Origin: a virus
Taxonomy: Duplodnaviria; Caudoviricetes
Strand: one strand, 5' to 3'
DNA length: 64,000 bases
Virus record (IMG/VR): IMGVR_UViG_3300001598_002233
Location: 1-64,000 of that record
Part shown: positions 28,998 through 38,056 of the stretch, in pieces
Position numbering within the stretch: the stretch's first letter is position 1
Layout of the letters: every line of letters begins with the position of its first letter
Made by a program: the position numbers and the translations under genes
The notes under the pieces: generated by a model
What the model was told of the DNA's origin: nothing
What the model saw: only the letters and a program-made list of their open reading frames with translations
Database searches by the model: none

Positions 28998-30382
28998 TGA
29001 CAGAGCAACCGATTACAATTCAAGAAAAATTACAATGGCTTAAAGAGAATGATAAGAATCCATTGAAAGAAAAATGTAAGGACCAATTAAAACTAAGAGA
29101 ATGCCTAAAGTCTGTTTTAGGCAAGGACTTTTGTGCACCTGCATTAAAGATTTATAAGTCTTCAGCATATATTGAATGGGATAAACTTCCAAAGAGTTTT
29201 GTTATTAAGTGTAATCTTAATGATAAGAGCATTTTTGTCAAGGATAAAGATTCGGCTAATAGGGGCAAAATTAATAAGGAAGTAGATTCGTGGCTTATTG
29301 ATGAACAACATAAGATTGTAATTGAGAAATATGTTGTGGATAAAAAAGAGTTATTAAAATTTGGACTATGGTATTTTAGCGGGGAATTAAAATTCTATGA
29401 GGTGAAGGAGGGAGATAATGGAAGGTACTGCAATTTTTATGATACTCAAAATAGGTTCTTAAAAAAGTTTTTGGTAAAAGGGTATGTTAATGATGAAATG
29501 ATTCAATTCCAAAGGCCCCCACATTTTGGCTTGATGAAAGAGTATGGAAAAAAACTTTCTAAGCCATTTAAATTTGTTATAATTAATTTTTATGAGGGTA
29601 ATGGGGAACTATTTGTCGATAATTTTTGCTTTGAACCCTATGGCGGGGATTTTTCTTTCGAAAGGCCCGATATAAATCGTTATGTGGGGGATTTTCTCAA
29701 TTTGGACTTAGAATTAAAGAAAAAGGTTATATATACTTGTATTACTGGCGAATATGAAACGCCTTATGTTCAAGAGTGTGAGAAACAGCCCAATTTTGAT
29801 TATATTTGTTTTACAGATTCTAATATTCAGAGTGATTTTTGGGAGATAAGGCCATTGCCAAGAGGACTTGAGGGCCTTAGTAATGTTAAAAAACAGAGAT
29901 GGATAAAGATAAATGCCCACAAGATATTGCCAGAATATGAATTTTCCATTTGGGTTGATGGGAATGTAAAAATGGGAGGTAATATGAATCAGTTCTTATC
30001 TGAAAACATAACGAATAAACCTTATAAGTTTTATGTCGGAACACATCCACAAAGGGACGATGTATATGAGGAAGGAAAGGCTTGCATAGAACTTAAAAAA
30101 GATACCCCCGAAAATATCCACAGACAGTTAGATATTTATAAGAAAGAGGGCCTTCCAAGTCACTATGGAATGGCTCAGACTTGTATGTTATTTAGATGGC
30201 ATAATAATGAAGAATGTATAACATTAATGGAAGCGTGGTGGGACGAGATGGAGAAATACGGTCATAGAGACCAATTATCGTTTCCTTATGCATTATGGAA
30301 AACAGGAATTAAGATTGGATTCTTAGATAAGAAAATATTTAAAAGTGAATATTTTAGAAGAATTCCACATAATAAAAAGTAA
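28994..30382 (+). CDS. TupA-like ATP-grasp + DUF616 fusion protein
   Basis: TIQEKLQWLK, CKDQLKLRE, LPKSFVIKCN, IVIEKY; C-terminal VIYTCITGEY...KINAH...WVDGN...HRDQLSFPYALWK. Confidence 0.8.
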   Translation: MMTEQPITIQEKLQWLKENDKNPLKEKCKDQLKLRECLKSVLGKDFCAPALKIYKSSAYIEWDKLPKSFVIKCNLNDKSIFVKDKDSANRGKINKEVDSWLIDEQHKIVIEKYVVDKKELLKFGLWYFSGELKFYEVKEGDNGRYCNFYDTQNRFLKKFLVKGYVNDEMIQFQRPPHFGLMKEYGKKLSKPFKFVIINFYEGNGELFVDNFCFEPYGGDFSFERPDINRYVGDFLNLDLELKKKVIYTCITGEYETPYVQECEKQPNFDYICFTDSNIQSDFWEIRPLPRGLEGLSNVKKQRWIKINAHKILPEYEFSIWVDGNVKMGGNMNQFLSENITNKPYKFYVGTHPQRDDVYEEGKACIELKKDTPENIHRQLDIYKKEGLPSHYGMAQTCMLFRWHNNEECITLMEAWWDEMEKYGHRDQLSFPYALWKTGIKIGFLDKKIFKSEYFRRIPHNKK

Positions 30383-30394
30383 AAATAGTAAATT

Positions 30395-30877
30395 ATGATT
30401 ACATACACAATAGAAAATGCTCAAAAACAAGGAATGAAAGTTGGAAAAAATGTGGGATTTACAGATACACCCAACTTTGGCTCAGAGCCTTATCTAATAG
30501 AAATTGGGGATAATACAACATTTAGTTTCGAGGTTGCCTTTGTCAATCACGATGCGGCGACACGTGTTATTAGACAACTTCCAGACGGCGACCCGAATAC
30601 AATTATATATGGAAAAATAAAAATAGGTAAAAATTGCTTTATTGGGTGTAGAACTACTTTATTACCAGGAATAGAAATTGGCGACAATGTGGTAATTGGG
30701 GCGGGAAGTGTGGTCAATAAGTCAATTCCTTCAAATTCCATTGCTGCAGGAGTACCTTGTAAGGTAATATGTAGTTTAGACGAATATCGAGAAAAGCATC
30801 AGGATGATTTTTTATATATGGTAAATTTACCATATAATGAAAAAAAGAAATTCTTAACAGAGCATTTTGGTGATTAA
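30395..30877 (+). CDS. Left-handed beta-helix (hexapeptide) O-acyltransferase
   Basis: GSEPYLIEIGDN, KIKIGKNCFIG, LLPGIEIGDNVVIGAGSVV..SIPSNSIAAGVPCKVI. Confidence 0.9.
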   Translation: MITYTIENAQKQGMKVGKNVGFTDTPNFGSEPYLIEIGDNTTFSFEVAFVNHDAATRVIRQLPDGDPNTIIYGKIKIGKNCFIGCRTTLLPGIEIGDNVVIGAGSVVNKSIPSNSIAAGVPCKVICSLDEYREKHQDDFLYMVNLPYNEKKKFLTEHFGD

Positions 30878-30903
30878 TAATAAGAGTTTAAAGTACATAA
30901 AGA

Positions 30904-31758
30904 ATGAAAGATATTAAAGTTGCAATAGGTGCTATTGCTAAATGCGAAAACCTTTATATTCGTGAATGGGTGGAATACCATAAAAATCTTGGTATATATA
31001 AGATATTTTTATACGATAATAACGATATAGACGGGGAACGGTTTGAAGAAGTTATTGACGATTATATTAAAAATGGCTATGTTACTATAGTGGATTATAG
31101 GGGGCGTAAGAATGACCCTAATGGAGATTTACATCATATGCATATAAATCTCCAATCACAAATGTGCAACCATTGTTATAAAATAGTTTCTGAAGAATAT
31201 AAGGAAATTGATTGGCTTGCTATTATTGATATTGATGAATTTATTGCTTTCAGCAATGAATTTAAGAACATAGGTGAATTTTTATCACAGGATATATTCA
31301 AGGATTGCGAATGTGTAAGGCTTAATTGGAAGATGTATGGGGATAGTGGGTATTATAAAGTCGAAAATGGTAATTATTCAGTTGCAAGATTTAAAGAGTG
31401 GAAGATAGATAAATTAGGGAAGTCAATATTTAAAACTGGATTATCGCATTTGTATGGCATAATAGAAGGGCATGGGTCTTATGTTTCTGTAAATTTTGAT
31501 GAAGAGGGAAATAGATTACCGATTTTTAATAATCGTATATCAATTGTTAATCCCAATCCCAAGTATTTACATGCTTGGATTAATCATTACAAATCAAAAA
31601 CAATAGAAGAATTTATAATTAGGCGATGTGTCATTAAAGATTTGGTGCCTTTTATTGAATACAAACCGATTTCATTTTTTTTATACAATGAAAGGACTAA
31701 GGAAAAAGAAGATTGGGCAAAAATTATTTGTAAAAAATATGGAATAAAGTATGAGTAA
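30904..31758 (+). CDS. Glycosyltransferase, GT92/GT2-like (GT-A fold)
   Basis: AIAKCENLYIREWVEYH..LG..IFLYDNN; WLAIIDIDEF DxD; INHYKSKTIEEF. Confidence 0.85.
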   Translation: MKDIKVAIGAIAKCENLYIREWVEYHKNLGIYKIFLYDNNDIDGERFEEVIDDYIKNGYVTIVDYRGRKNDPNGDLHHMHINLQSQMCNHCYKIVSEEYKEIDWLAIIDIDEFIAFSNEFKNIGEFLSQDIFKDCECVRLNWKMYGDSGYYKVENGNYSVARFKEWKIDKLGKSIFKTGLSHLYGIIEGHGSYVSVNFDEEGNRLPIFNNRISIVNPNPKYLHAWINHYKSKTIEEFIIRRCVIKDLVPFIEYKPISFFLYNERTKEKEDWAKIICKKYGIKYE

Positions 31759-32467
31759 ATGTATATATTTTCCGCCTTCTACGGAAGAAGCAAACAAGGA
31801 ATTTATTAAGGATAAAGAAGAATTTTTATCTCGTAATGATTCACTTATATTAGATATGAATAAGTTGCAATTTTATGACAATTGGGAGCATAATGAACTG
31901 CATATTACAACAGAAAGTCATTATACTTATATTTTACCTGAAATGGGAAAATTTCTCGGCTTCAACTATGATATAAATGATTTTGAACTAATAGAGAAAA
32001 AAGATAGGACAGGAAATTTTGATATAAGTTATTTATTCCCTAAAAAGAACAAGAAATTTAAAATAGCCTTTCAAGATAAACAATATATGTGTGGGTATGA
32101 GGGAATGATAGGTTTTAATAATGCAGAAAAGTGCGAAAAAGATTTTTTTGATAATACAAGTTTTAAAGAGATGAACCCAGATTATCATCTTTTGTTTTTT
32201 GCATCACATCAGTGCTGTGTAATAGAAAATTTAGATGAAAATAATGGGAAAACTGTAGTAATTAGTGGGGATTCGCAACTCATACCAGATGTACCAATAT
32301 TAGCATATTATTATAAAAAAATAGTATATTTAGATAAGCGTAGAGCAGATTATGGTTCTGTTTTATTTAATATTTCCAGAAAAGATGAGGTTGTTTATGT
32401 AATGTCTAAATATGACCTTGCTAAGTATACAGACATAAATTCCAAAAAATGTAGATTTATAGATTAA
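31751..32467 (+). CDS. Putative SGNH/DHHW (AlgJ/AlgX-like) O-acetyltransferase or esterase
   Basis: C-terminal KTVVISGDSQLIPDVPILAYYYKKIVYLD resembles the GDS-containing DHHW/AlgX-type segment; weak. Confidence 0.4.
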   Translation: MSKCIYFPPSTEEANKEFIKDKEEFLSRNDSLILDMNKLQFYDNWEHNELHITTESHYTYILPEMGKFLGFNYDINDFELIEKKDRTGNFDISYLFPKKNKKFKIAFQDKQYMCGYEGMIGFNNAEKCEKDFFDNTSFKEMNPDYHLLFFASHQCCVIENLDENNGKTVVISGDSQLIPDVPILAYYYKKIVYLDKRRADYGSVLFNISRKDEVVYVMSKYDLAKYTDINSKKCRFID

Positions 32468-32470
32468 ATT

Positions 32471-33151
32471 ATGAATAAGAATGTTTTTTATACTTGTATA
32501 ACGGGAAAATATGAAATTCCATTTGAGAACAAATGTCAAAAATTACCAGACTTTGATTATATTTGCTTCGCTGACACTGATATCAAAAGTAATTTTTGGG
32601 AGATAAGGCCGATGCCTAAGACACCAGAAGGCTTAAGTGATGTTAAAAAACAAAGATGGGTAAAGATAAATGCTCATAAGGTGTTACCAGAATATGAATT
32701 TTCAGTATGGGTTGATGGTAATATATTTATGGGAGGTGATATGTCAGCATTTTTAAAAAATACAGTATTTAACTTTCCTTATAGTTTTTTTGTTGGGAAA
32801 CATCCAGAAAGAAATTGCGTTTATGAAGAAGCAAAGGCATGTATTAATCTAAAGAAGGACATAAAGGAGAATATAAACCCACAAATGGAGGCATATAAAA
32901 AGGAAGGGCTCCCTGCTCATTTTGCCTTAGCACAAACTTGTATGCTATTCAGATATCACAATAGGGAGGATTGTATTAAATTAATGGAAACTTGGTGGGC
33001 TGAAATGGAAAAATATGGCTATAGAGACCAATTATCGTTCCCATATGCTGTGTGGAAAAATCCAGATGTTAAAATTGGGTGGATGGATAAACGTATTTTT
33101 TGTAGTGCATTTTTTAGGAGAATACCACATAATAAACAGAAGAAATCTTGA
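32471..33151 (+). CDS. Stand-alone DUF616 glycosyltransferase-like protein
   Basis: VFYTCITGKY, CFAD, KINAHKVLPEYEFSVWVDGN, YRDQLSFPYAVWK; clear paralog of the two fused DUF616 domains. Confidence 0.85.
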   Translation: MNKNVFYTCITGKYEIPFENKCQKLPDFDYICFADTDIKSNFWEIRPMPKTPEGLSDVKKQRWVKINAHKVLPEYEFSVWVDGNIFMGGDMSAFLKNTVFNFPYSFFVGKHPERNCVYEEAKACINLKKDIKENINPQMEAYKKEGLPAHFALAQTCMLFRYHNREDCIKLMETWWAEMEKYGYRDQLSFPYAVWKNPDVKIGWMDKRIFCSAFFRRIPHNKQKKS

Positions 33152-33978
33152 CATTTTGCCTTATATTTCTTATTTTTAAAGAAAAAGTATTGGCAAAGAA
33201 GATTATCATATTATGTATGTCCTGCAATATTGAGCGATTCAGAAACGAAGAGCAGGTAATAAAGGAAACATGGGGTAAACCTATTATAGAGGGGGACCCT
33301 GATGTTTCTATTTATTTTTATAGGGGTGGGTGCAATATGAATGTGGTAAATGACAAAACACATGAAATACTTTTAAGTTGTGGTGATGGCTTAGATAATA
33401 CATTTGAAAAAACGATAAAGGCTTTTCTTGGCATAAACAGAAAAGATTATGATTATGTTATCAGAACTAATACAACCACATATCTAAATATTCCATTATT
33501 AAAGCAAGTAATAGAACAATTAGATAATACGGCACAATTTTATGGGGGAAGACTGGTCAGTAATAGGAAGAGTGAGTATGTGCCTTTCTTTAGGGGGTGC
33601 TTTATGATGTTTCCGAAGTCATTAGTCACAGAATTGTTGGAAGTGGTTCCCAAGTATGGGGTGAAAGGTGTTGATGATATTGACATAGCGAAAATACTCT
33701 GCAACGAAAGAAGAAAAGATGGAAATCTTAAAGAGTATATAGAATTATTGAGGGAGGCACCAGGAATAGAGAAGATAAGCGAAACTGATTTCTTAGAGAA
33801 GGTAAAAACTGCATATTATATTAGAGCGAAGGAAAATAAAACTGGCGAAAACCATGTGGCTATTTTTAAGGTGCTTCACGAACTATTATCAGGATTAAAT
33901 TGTGAATATGAGGTTACAATGCCACATAAAGTTACAAAGGTAGAAACAATAAAAGGAATAATTAATTTGAATATATGA
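33148..33978 (+). CDS. Putative GT31/galactosyltransferase-like glycosyltransferase
   Basis: IIILCMSC...IKETWG...TFEKTIKAF...YDYVIRTN..TYLN...GVDDIDI; true start may be TTG 33190. Confidence 0.6.
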   Translation: MTFCLIFLIFKEKVLAKKIIILCMSCNIERFRNEEQVIKETWGKPIIEGDPDVSIYFYRGGCNMNVVNDKTHEILLSCGDGLDNTFEKTIKAFLGINRKDYDYVIRTNTTTYLNIPLLKQVIEQLDNTAQFYGGRLVSNRKSEYVPFFRGCFMMFPKSLVTELLEVVPKYGVKGVDDIDIAKILCNERRKDGNLKEYIELLREAPGIEKISETDFLEKVKTAYYIRAKENKTGENHVAIFKVLHELLSGLNCEYEVTMPHKVTKVETIKGIINLNI

Positions 33979-35651
33979 CAACATTATTGTGCTGCATAGG
34001 CAGAAAAGAGAACAGATACATACGAGAGTATGTTGAGTGGTATAAGCATTTAGGGTTTACAAACATTGTTATTTATGACAATAATTATGATGGGGAAGAC
34101 AATTTCCGTGACGTAATTGGTGATTATATTGATAGTGGATTTGTAATTATAAAAGATTACAGAAATAGAACGATATGTCAACACGAGGCATATAACGAGT
34201 GTTATAGAGAACACGGAGATAGTTACGATTGGATTGCCTTCTTTGATTGTGATGAGTTCTTGACATTGCCCAGAAAGAAAGATATAAACACGTTTTTGTC
34301 TTCAATATTGTTTAGGAAGTATGATATGATTCATGTGAATTGGATGAGTTACGGTGATAGTGAAAATATCTATTATGAGGACAAGCCACTTACGGAGAGA
34401 TTTCCTAGTCCAGTAAAGCCATATGACTTTAAGAAGACCTATAATTTCCCAGACAACAATCATATTAAGAGTATTGTTAGGGGTGGATTAAAAACTGTGT
34501 TGTTTGGTAATAGAGGGTGGTCCCATACACCGAGTGGAGTTGCTACTTGCTGCACAGCAAAGGGAATTGCTTGTGACCCCAATTCACCCTTCACACCGTT
34601 TGACTTTACAGAAGCATATTTAAGACATTATGTAACAAAGAGTACGGAAGAATATGTAGATAAACTTCGTAGGGGTTTTCCTGACCAAGAATTCAATCCT
34701 GAAAGATTTAAATATCTTGTGGAACTCTATTTCAAGATAAATACAAAGACACAGGAAAAGATGGATTATTTCAATGAAAAACTTGGAATGAATTATGCAG
34801 CCAAGAGAGATGATGTACAGATATTTACATTGTGCTACGATAAGAAAGATTATGAGTTTATGGAGGATTCCGTGATTACTCCCCTTCAGTGTGGTGCTGC
34901 AAATGGTAAGGATGTGTGTAAGGTAAAGGATAATACGGGGGATAATATTTCTGGCCAGAACTATGTTTATATTGAAAATACTGGCGTTTATTGGATTTGG
35001 AAGAATGTGAAGAACGCTAAGTATAAGGGAAATATGCAGTATAGGAGACTTCTTGAGGGTGTTAATGAGAACATGAACTTTAATGAAGTATTTAAGAATT
35101 ATGATGTAATTACTTGTGTACCATTTAATCACCCAGAACATAAAATACCAAAGTTCCAAGGAGATGCAATTATTCCTGCTGACACGGTAAGAGAAGGTTA
35201 TACTTTTAGTAATTGTGGTGCTGATTTGGATATTATGGAAAAGGTTGTTAAGGAACTATATCCTGATTATGCAGAATCGTGGGATAAATACATTAATAAT
35301 GGTGAGAACCTTTATTATTCTTGTGGATATGTTCTTAGGGCTGAGGATTATGACCGATATGCTGAATTCCTTTTCAGATGTGGTGCGGAGTTTTTGTCAA
35401 GAACGGAGATTAGAGATGAATTCAGTTTATATCTGCATGTTGCAATTGATATGGGCAAGGGGCTCTATCCAAAGATTGCGGGTCATGACCCCCACGATAT
35501 ACTAAAATCTGGTTTTGACTTTTTAAGATGGGAGAAGAGTATTTTAGGATTTTTAGGGGAACGACTATGGACATTATGGGTGCAGCATAACTTCACTCGT
35601 GACAGAATTATGGAAGTCCCATTTAAGAAAGTAGAAAATCAATGGATTTAA
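33975..35651 (+). CDS. Dual glycosyltransferase: GT92/GT2-like + DUF4422 (GT111-like)
   Basis: N: GRKENRYIREYVEWYKHLG..IYDNN, WIAFFDCDEF, HYVTKSTEEY; C: PLQCGA...DNTGDNIS..N....NTGVYWIWKN...QYRR...GFLGERL. Confidence 0.8.
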   Translation: MTTLLCCIGRKENRYIREYVEWYKHLGFTNIVIYDNNYDGEDNFRDVIGDYIDSGFVIIKDYRNRTICQHEAYNECYREHGDSYDWIAFFDCDEFLTLPRKKDINTFLSSILFRKYDMIHVNWMSYGDSENIYYEDKPLTERFPSPVKPYDFKKTYNFPDNNHIKSIVRGGLKTVLFGNRGWSHTPSGVATCCTAKGIACDPNSPFTPFDFTEAYLRHYVTKSTEEYVDKLRRGFPDQEFNPERFKYLVELYFKINTKTQEKMDYFNEKLGMNYAAKRDDVQIFTLCYDKKDYEFMEDSVITPLQCGAANGKDVCKVKDNTGDNISGQNYVYIENTGVYWIWKNVKNAKYKGNMQYRRLLEGVNENMNFNEVFKNYDVITCVPFNHPEHKIPKFQGDAIIPADTVREGYTFSNCGADLDIMEKVVKELYPDYAESWDKYINNGENLYYSCGYVLRAEDYDRYAEFLFRCGAEFLSRTEIRDEFSLYLHVAIDMGKGLYPKIAGHDPHDILKSGFDFLRWEKSILGFLGERLWTLWVQHNFTRDRIMEVPFKKVENQWI

Positions 35652-35655
35652 TATG

Positions 35656-35685
35656 GAAGCGTGGTTTTGCCACGCTTTTTTCTTT
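35656..35685 (+). terminator. Intrinsic terminator closing glycosylation cluster
   Basis: aagcgtgg-ttttg-ccacgctt plus T-run. Confidence 0.8.
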
Positions 35686-35735
35686 CCTTTTTCCGAGAAT
35701 TTTGTTAATTTTAGATAGGAAAAATGTAAGGTAAA

Positions 35736-35744
35736 CTATTTATA
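35736..35744 (+). promoter_or_regulatory. CTATTTATA motif (candidate late promoter) for baseplate wedge operon
   Basis: Recurrent motif upstream of gp25-like gene. Confidence 0.55.
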
Positions 35745-35759
35745 GGAAATATTGTGAAT

Positions 35760-36137
35760 ATGATACAAAAATTCGGAATAAAATACCCTTTTACCTTGGA
35801 GAACAACGACGAACTATATATGGATGTGAATGATTCATATACAGATATGGTCAAATCTAATGTTCTCCATGTGCTTTTTACACCAAAGGGGCAGAGATTA
35901 ATGAATCCTGATTTCGGGACAGATTTGGTGAGGTTTTTATTTGATGCAAACGATGATATTACATTAGACGACCTTAAATCTTCTCTCAAATCAGATATAT
36001 CAAAATATGTCAGTGGGGTTGAATTTAACGATATCTCCATTTATAATGATGGGGAGAATGGAAGGGTGGTAGTTGTTCATTATACCGTCGTTAGAGGCAA
36101 TAATAAGGAGCAAACAAGCGTTGCTGTAAAAATATAG
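35760..36137 (+). CDS. Baseplate wedge subunit, gp25/GPW-like
   Basis: GIKYPF, VKSNVLHVLFTPKGQRLMNPDFGTDL motif. Confidence 0.9.
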   Translation: MIQKFGIKYPFTLENNDELYMDVNDSYTDMVKSNVLHVLFTPKGQRLMNPDFGTDLVRFLFDANDDITLDDLKSSLKSDISKYVSGVEFNDISIYNDGENGRVVVVHYTVVRGNNKEQTSVAVKI

Positions 36138-36144
36138 TTGAGTT

Positions 36145-38052
36145 ATGTCAGAAAAGAAAATATCTTATTTAAATAGAACCTTTGCAGATTATAAGGAGGC
36201 TTTAATAGACTTTGCAAAGAAGTATTATCCCAATTTAGCAACATCATATGATGATGCGTCAGTTGGGTCATTCATTATTGATATTAACGCTGCAACTGCA
36301 GACGCATTGGGGTATTATGTAGATAGGGCATATCAAGAAACCAATATAGAAAGTGCAAATGAAAGGGCATCACTATATGCATTGGCCAGAAATAACGGTT
36401 TGAAAACACCAGGGCCTAAGGGTGCAATGGCAGAAGTTCAGTTCAGTTGCCAATTACCTAAAAATTCTGATGGTACTGTTGACTTTACCTATGCACCTGT
36501 TGTTAGAAGGGGAACAAAGGTATCAGCTGGCTCTCAAGTATTTGAATTGCTTACAGATGTTGATTTCAGTAAACAATTTAGCGAAGAGGGTACTTCAGAT
36601 AGAACAATTTATCCTATGTTAGATTCTAATGGCGTTATTCAGCAATATAAGGTAACAAAACTTGCTGTTGTTGTTGCTGGCGAATCAAAGGTTTATAAGA
36701 AAGTTGTTTATATGAAAGATGTGGTTCCTTTTATGGAAATACTTCTTCCAGAAAAGAACATTATGAACGTGGAATCCATTATAGTAAAAGATGGAACAAA
36801 CATTGTCTCAACACCTACATATAGTGAATTTTATATGGAAAGTGAAAGTGGGTGTACTGATGCCACAAAAGGCAAGGTGATAAGGTTTTTCGAAGCAGAC
36901 TCATTAGCACAGCAATATAGATGGGGTGATGAGGAAGAGAATGGAAAGGCATTATCAAGTACATATAAAGACAAGAACGGTAATGAGGTATATTACATTA
37001 CAAAGGGAAAGTGGCATCGTCTTGAACACAAGTTTATAACAGAATATACGGATAATGGCTATCTTAAAGTAATATTTGGCTCAGGAACTGACGAAAAAAA
37101 TACTTCGGTATTAGATGGGGCAAGCGCATTTTCAAAATTCCAAATTGAAAGGGTGATAAAGAACGATTCACTTGGTATACTTCCAAATGCAGATACAACA
37201 GTATTTGTATTATACAGAGTAGGTGGGGGCAAATCAAGCAACGTTGCGAAGGGTGCAATCAACTATATAAATTATCTTAATGCTGAAATTCCTGGTGGCA
37301 ATGCTTCAATGAAGAGCCAAGTCGCAAGGTCAATTACCGTTATTAGTACAACGCCTTCTGTTTCTGGTAAGGATATGCCAACAGCTAATGAATTAAGATA
37401 CCTTATTAAGTATAACAATGGCTCACAAGACAGATGTGTTACTGTAAAGGATTACATACATAGGATATTGATGATGCCCTCAAGATATGGCTGTCCTTTT
37501 AGAGTGGGTGTTAGTGAGGAAAATAATAAGATAATGGTCAATTTGTTAGGGCTCAATGCTGATGGACAACTTGACACGGCAATGCCAGCCTTACTTATTC
37601 ATAACATCAGAGAATATCTTGCAAATTATCGTATGATAAATGACTATATTGAGATAAAGCCAGGTAAGATTGTCAATATTTCTTTTGATATTGATGTTTA
37701 TGTGGACAAGAATTACAATAAGTCAGACGTAATTTCTGCTATCATCAATAAGGTTTATGACTATATGGATATTAATGCTCATAATATGGGTGATGATATA
37801 TTTGTTGGTGATATTGAGAAGGAAATTTCAAAGATTGACGGTGTAATTAACCTTATAGATTTACAGGTATGGAACGAGTATGGCAATGGATATTCAGAAA
37901 CAAGAACAACACAGGAAATTGAAAGTACCAATGTTGCTAACAGAAGCAAAATTGACCTCGAAGCGTCTGAGGGCATTCTTTATAGTGATGGAGACACAAT
38001 GTTAGAGATAAAGACACTCCAAGATGTGAGAGTTCGTTGTAAAACTCGTTAA
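36145..38052 (+). CDS. Baseplate wedge protein, T4 gp6 / baseplate J-like
   Basis: YLNRTFADYKEALI, DALGYYVD...QET, YRVGGG..SNV, QDRCVTVKDY. Confidence 0.88.
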   Translation: MSEKKISYLNRTFADYKEALIDFAKKYYPNLATSYDDASVGSFIIDINAATADALGYYVDRAYQETNIESANERASLYALARNNGLKTPGPKGAMAEVQFSCQLPKNSDGTVDFTYAPVVRRGTKVSAGSQVFELLTDVDFSKQFSEEGTSDRTIYPMLDSNGVIQQYKVTKLAVVVAGESKVYKKVVYMKDVVPFMEILLPEKNIMNVESIIVKDGTNIVSTPTYSEFYMESESGCTDATKGKVIRFFEADSLAQQYRWGDEEENGKALSSTYKDKNGNEVYYITKGKWHRLEHKFITEYTDNGYLKVIFGSGTDEKNTSVLDGASAFSKFQIERVIKNDSLGILPNADTTVFVLYRVGGGKSSNVAKGAINYINYLNAEIPGGNASMKSQVARSITVISTTPSVSGKDMPTANELRYLIKYNNGSQDRCVTVKDYIHRILMMPSRYGCPFRVGVSEENNKIMVNLLGLNADGQLDTAMPALLIHNIREYLANYRMINDYIEIKPGKIVNISFDIDVYVDKNYNKSDVISAIINKVYDYMDINAHNMGDDIFVGDIEKEISKIDGVINLIDLQVWNEYGNGYSETRTTQEIESTNVANRSKIDLEASEGILYSDGDTMLEIKTLQDVRVRCKTR

Positions 38053-38056
38053 ATAT

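Noticed and set aside
34620-35159. 179-aa minus-strand ORF
   Set aside because: Fully antisense to the dual GT gene; composition typical of a shadow frame
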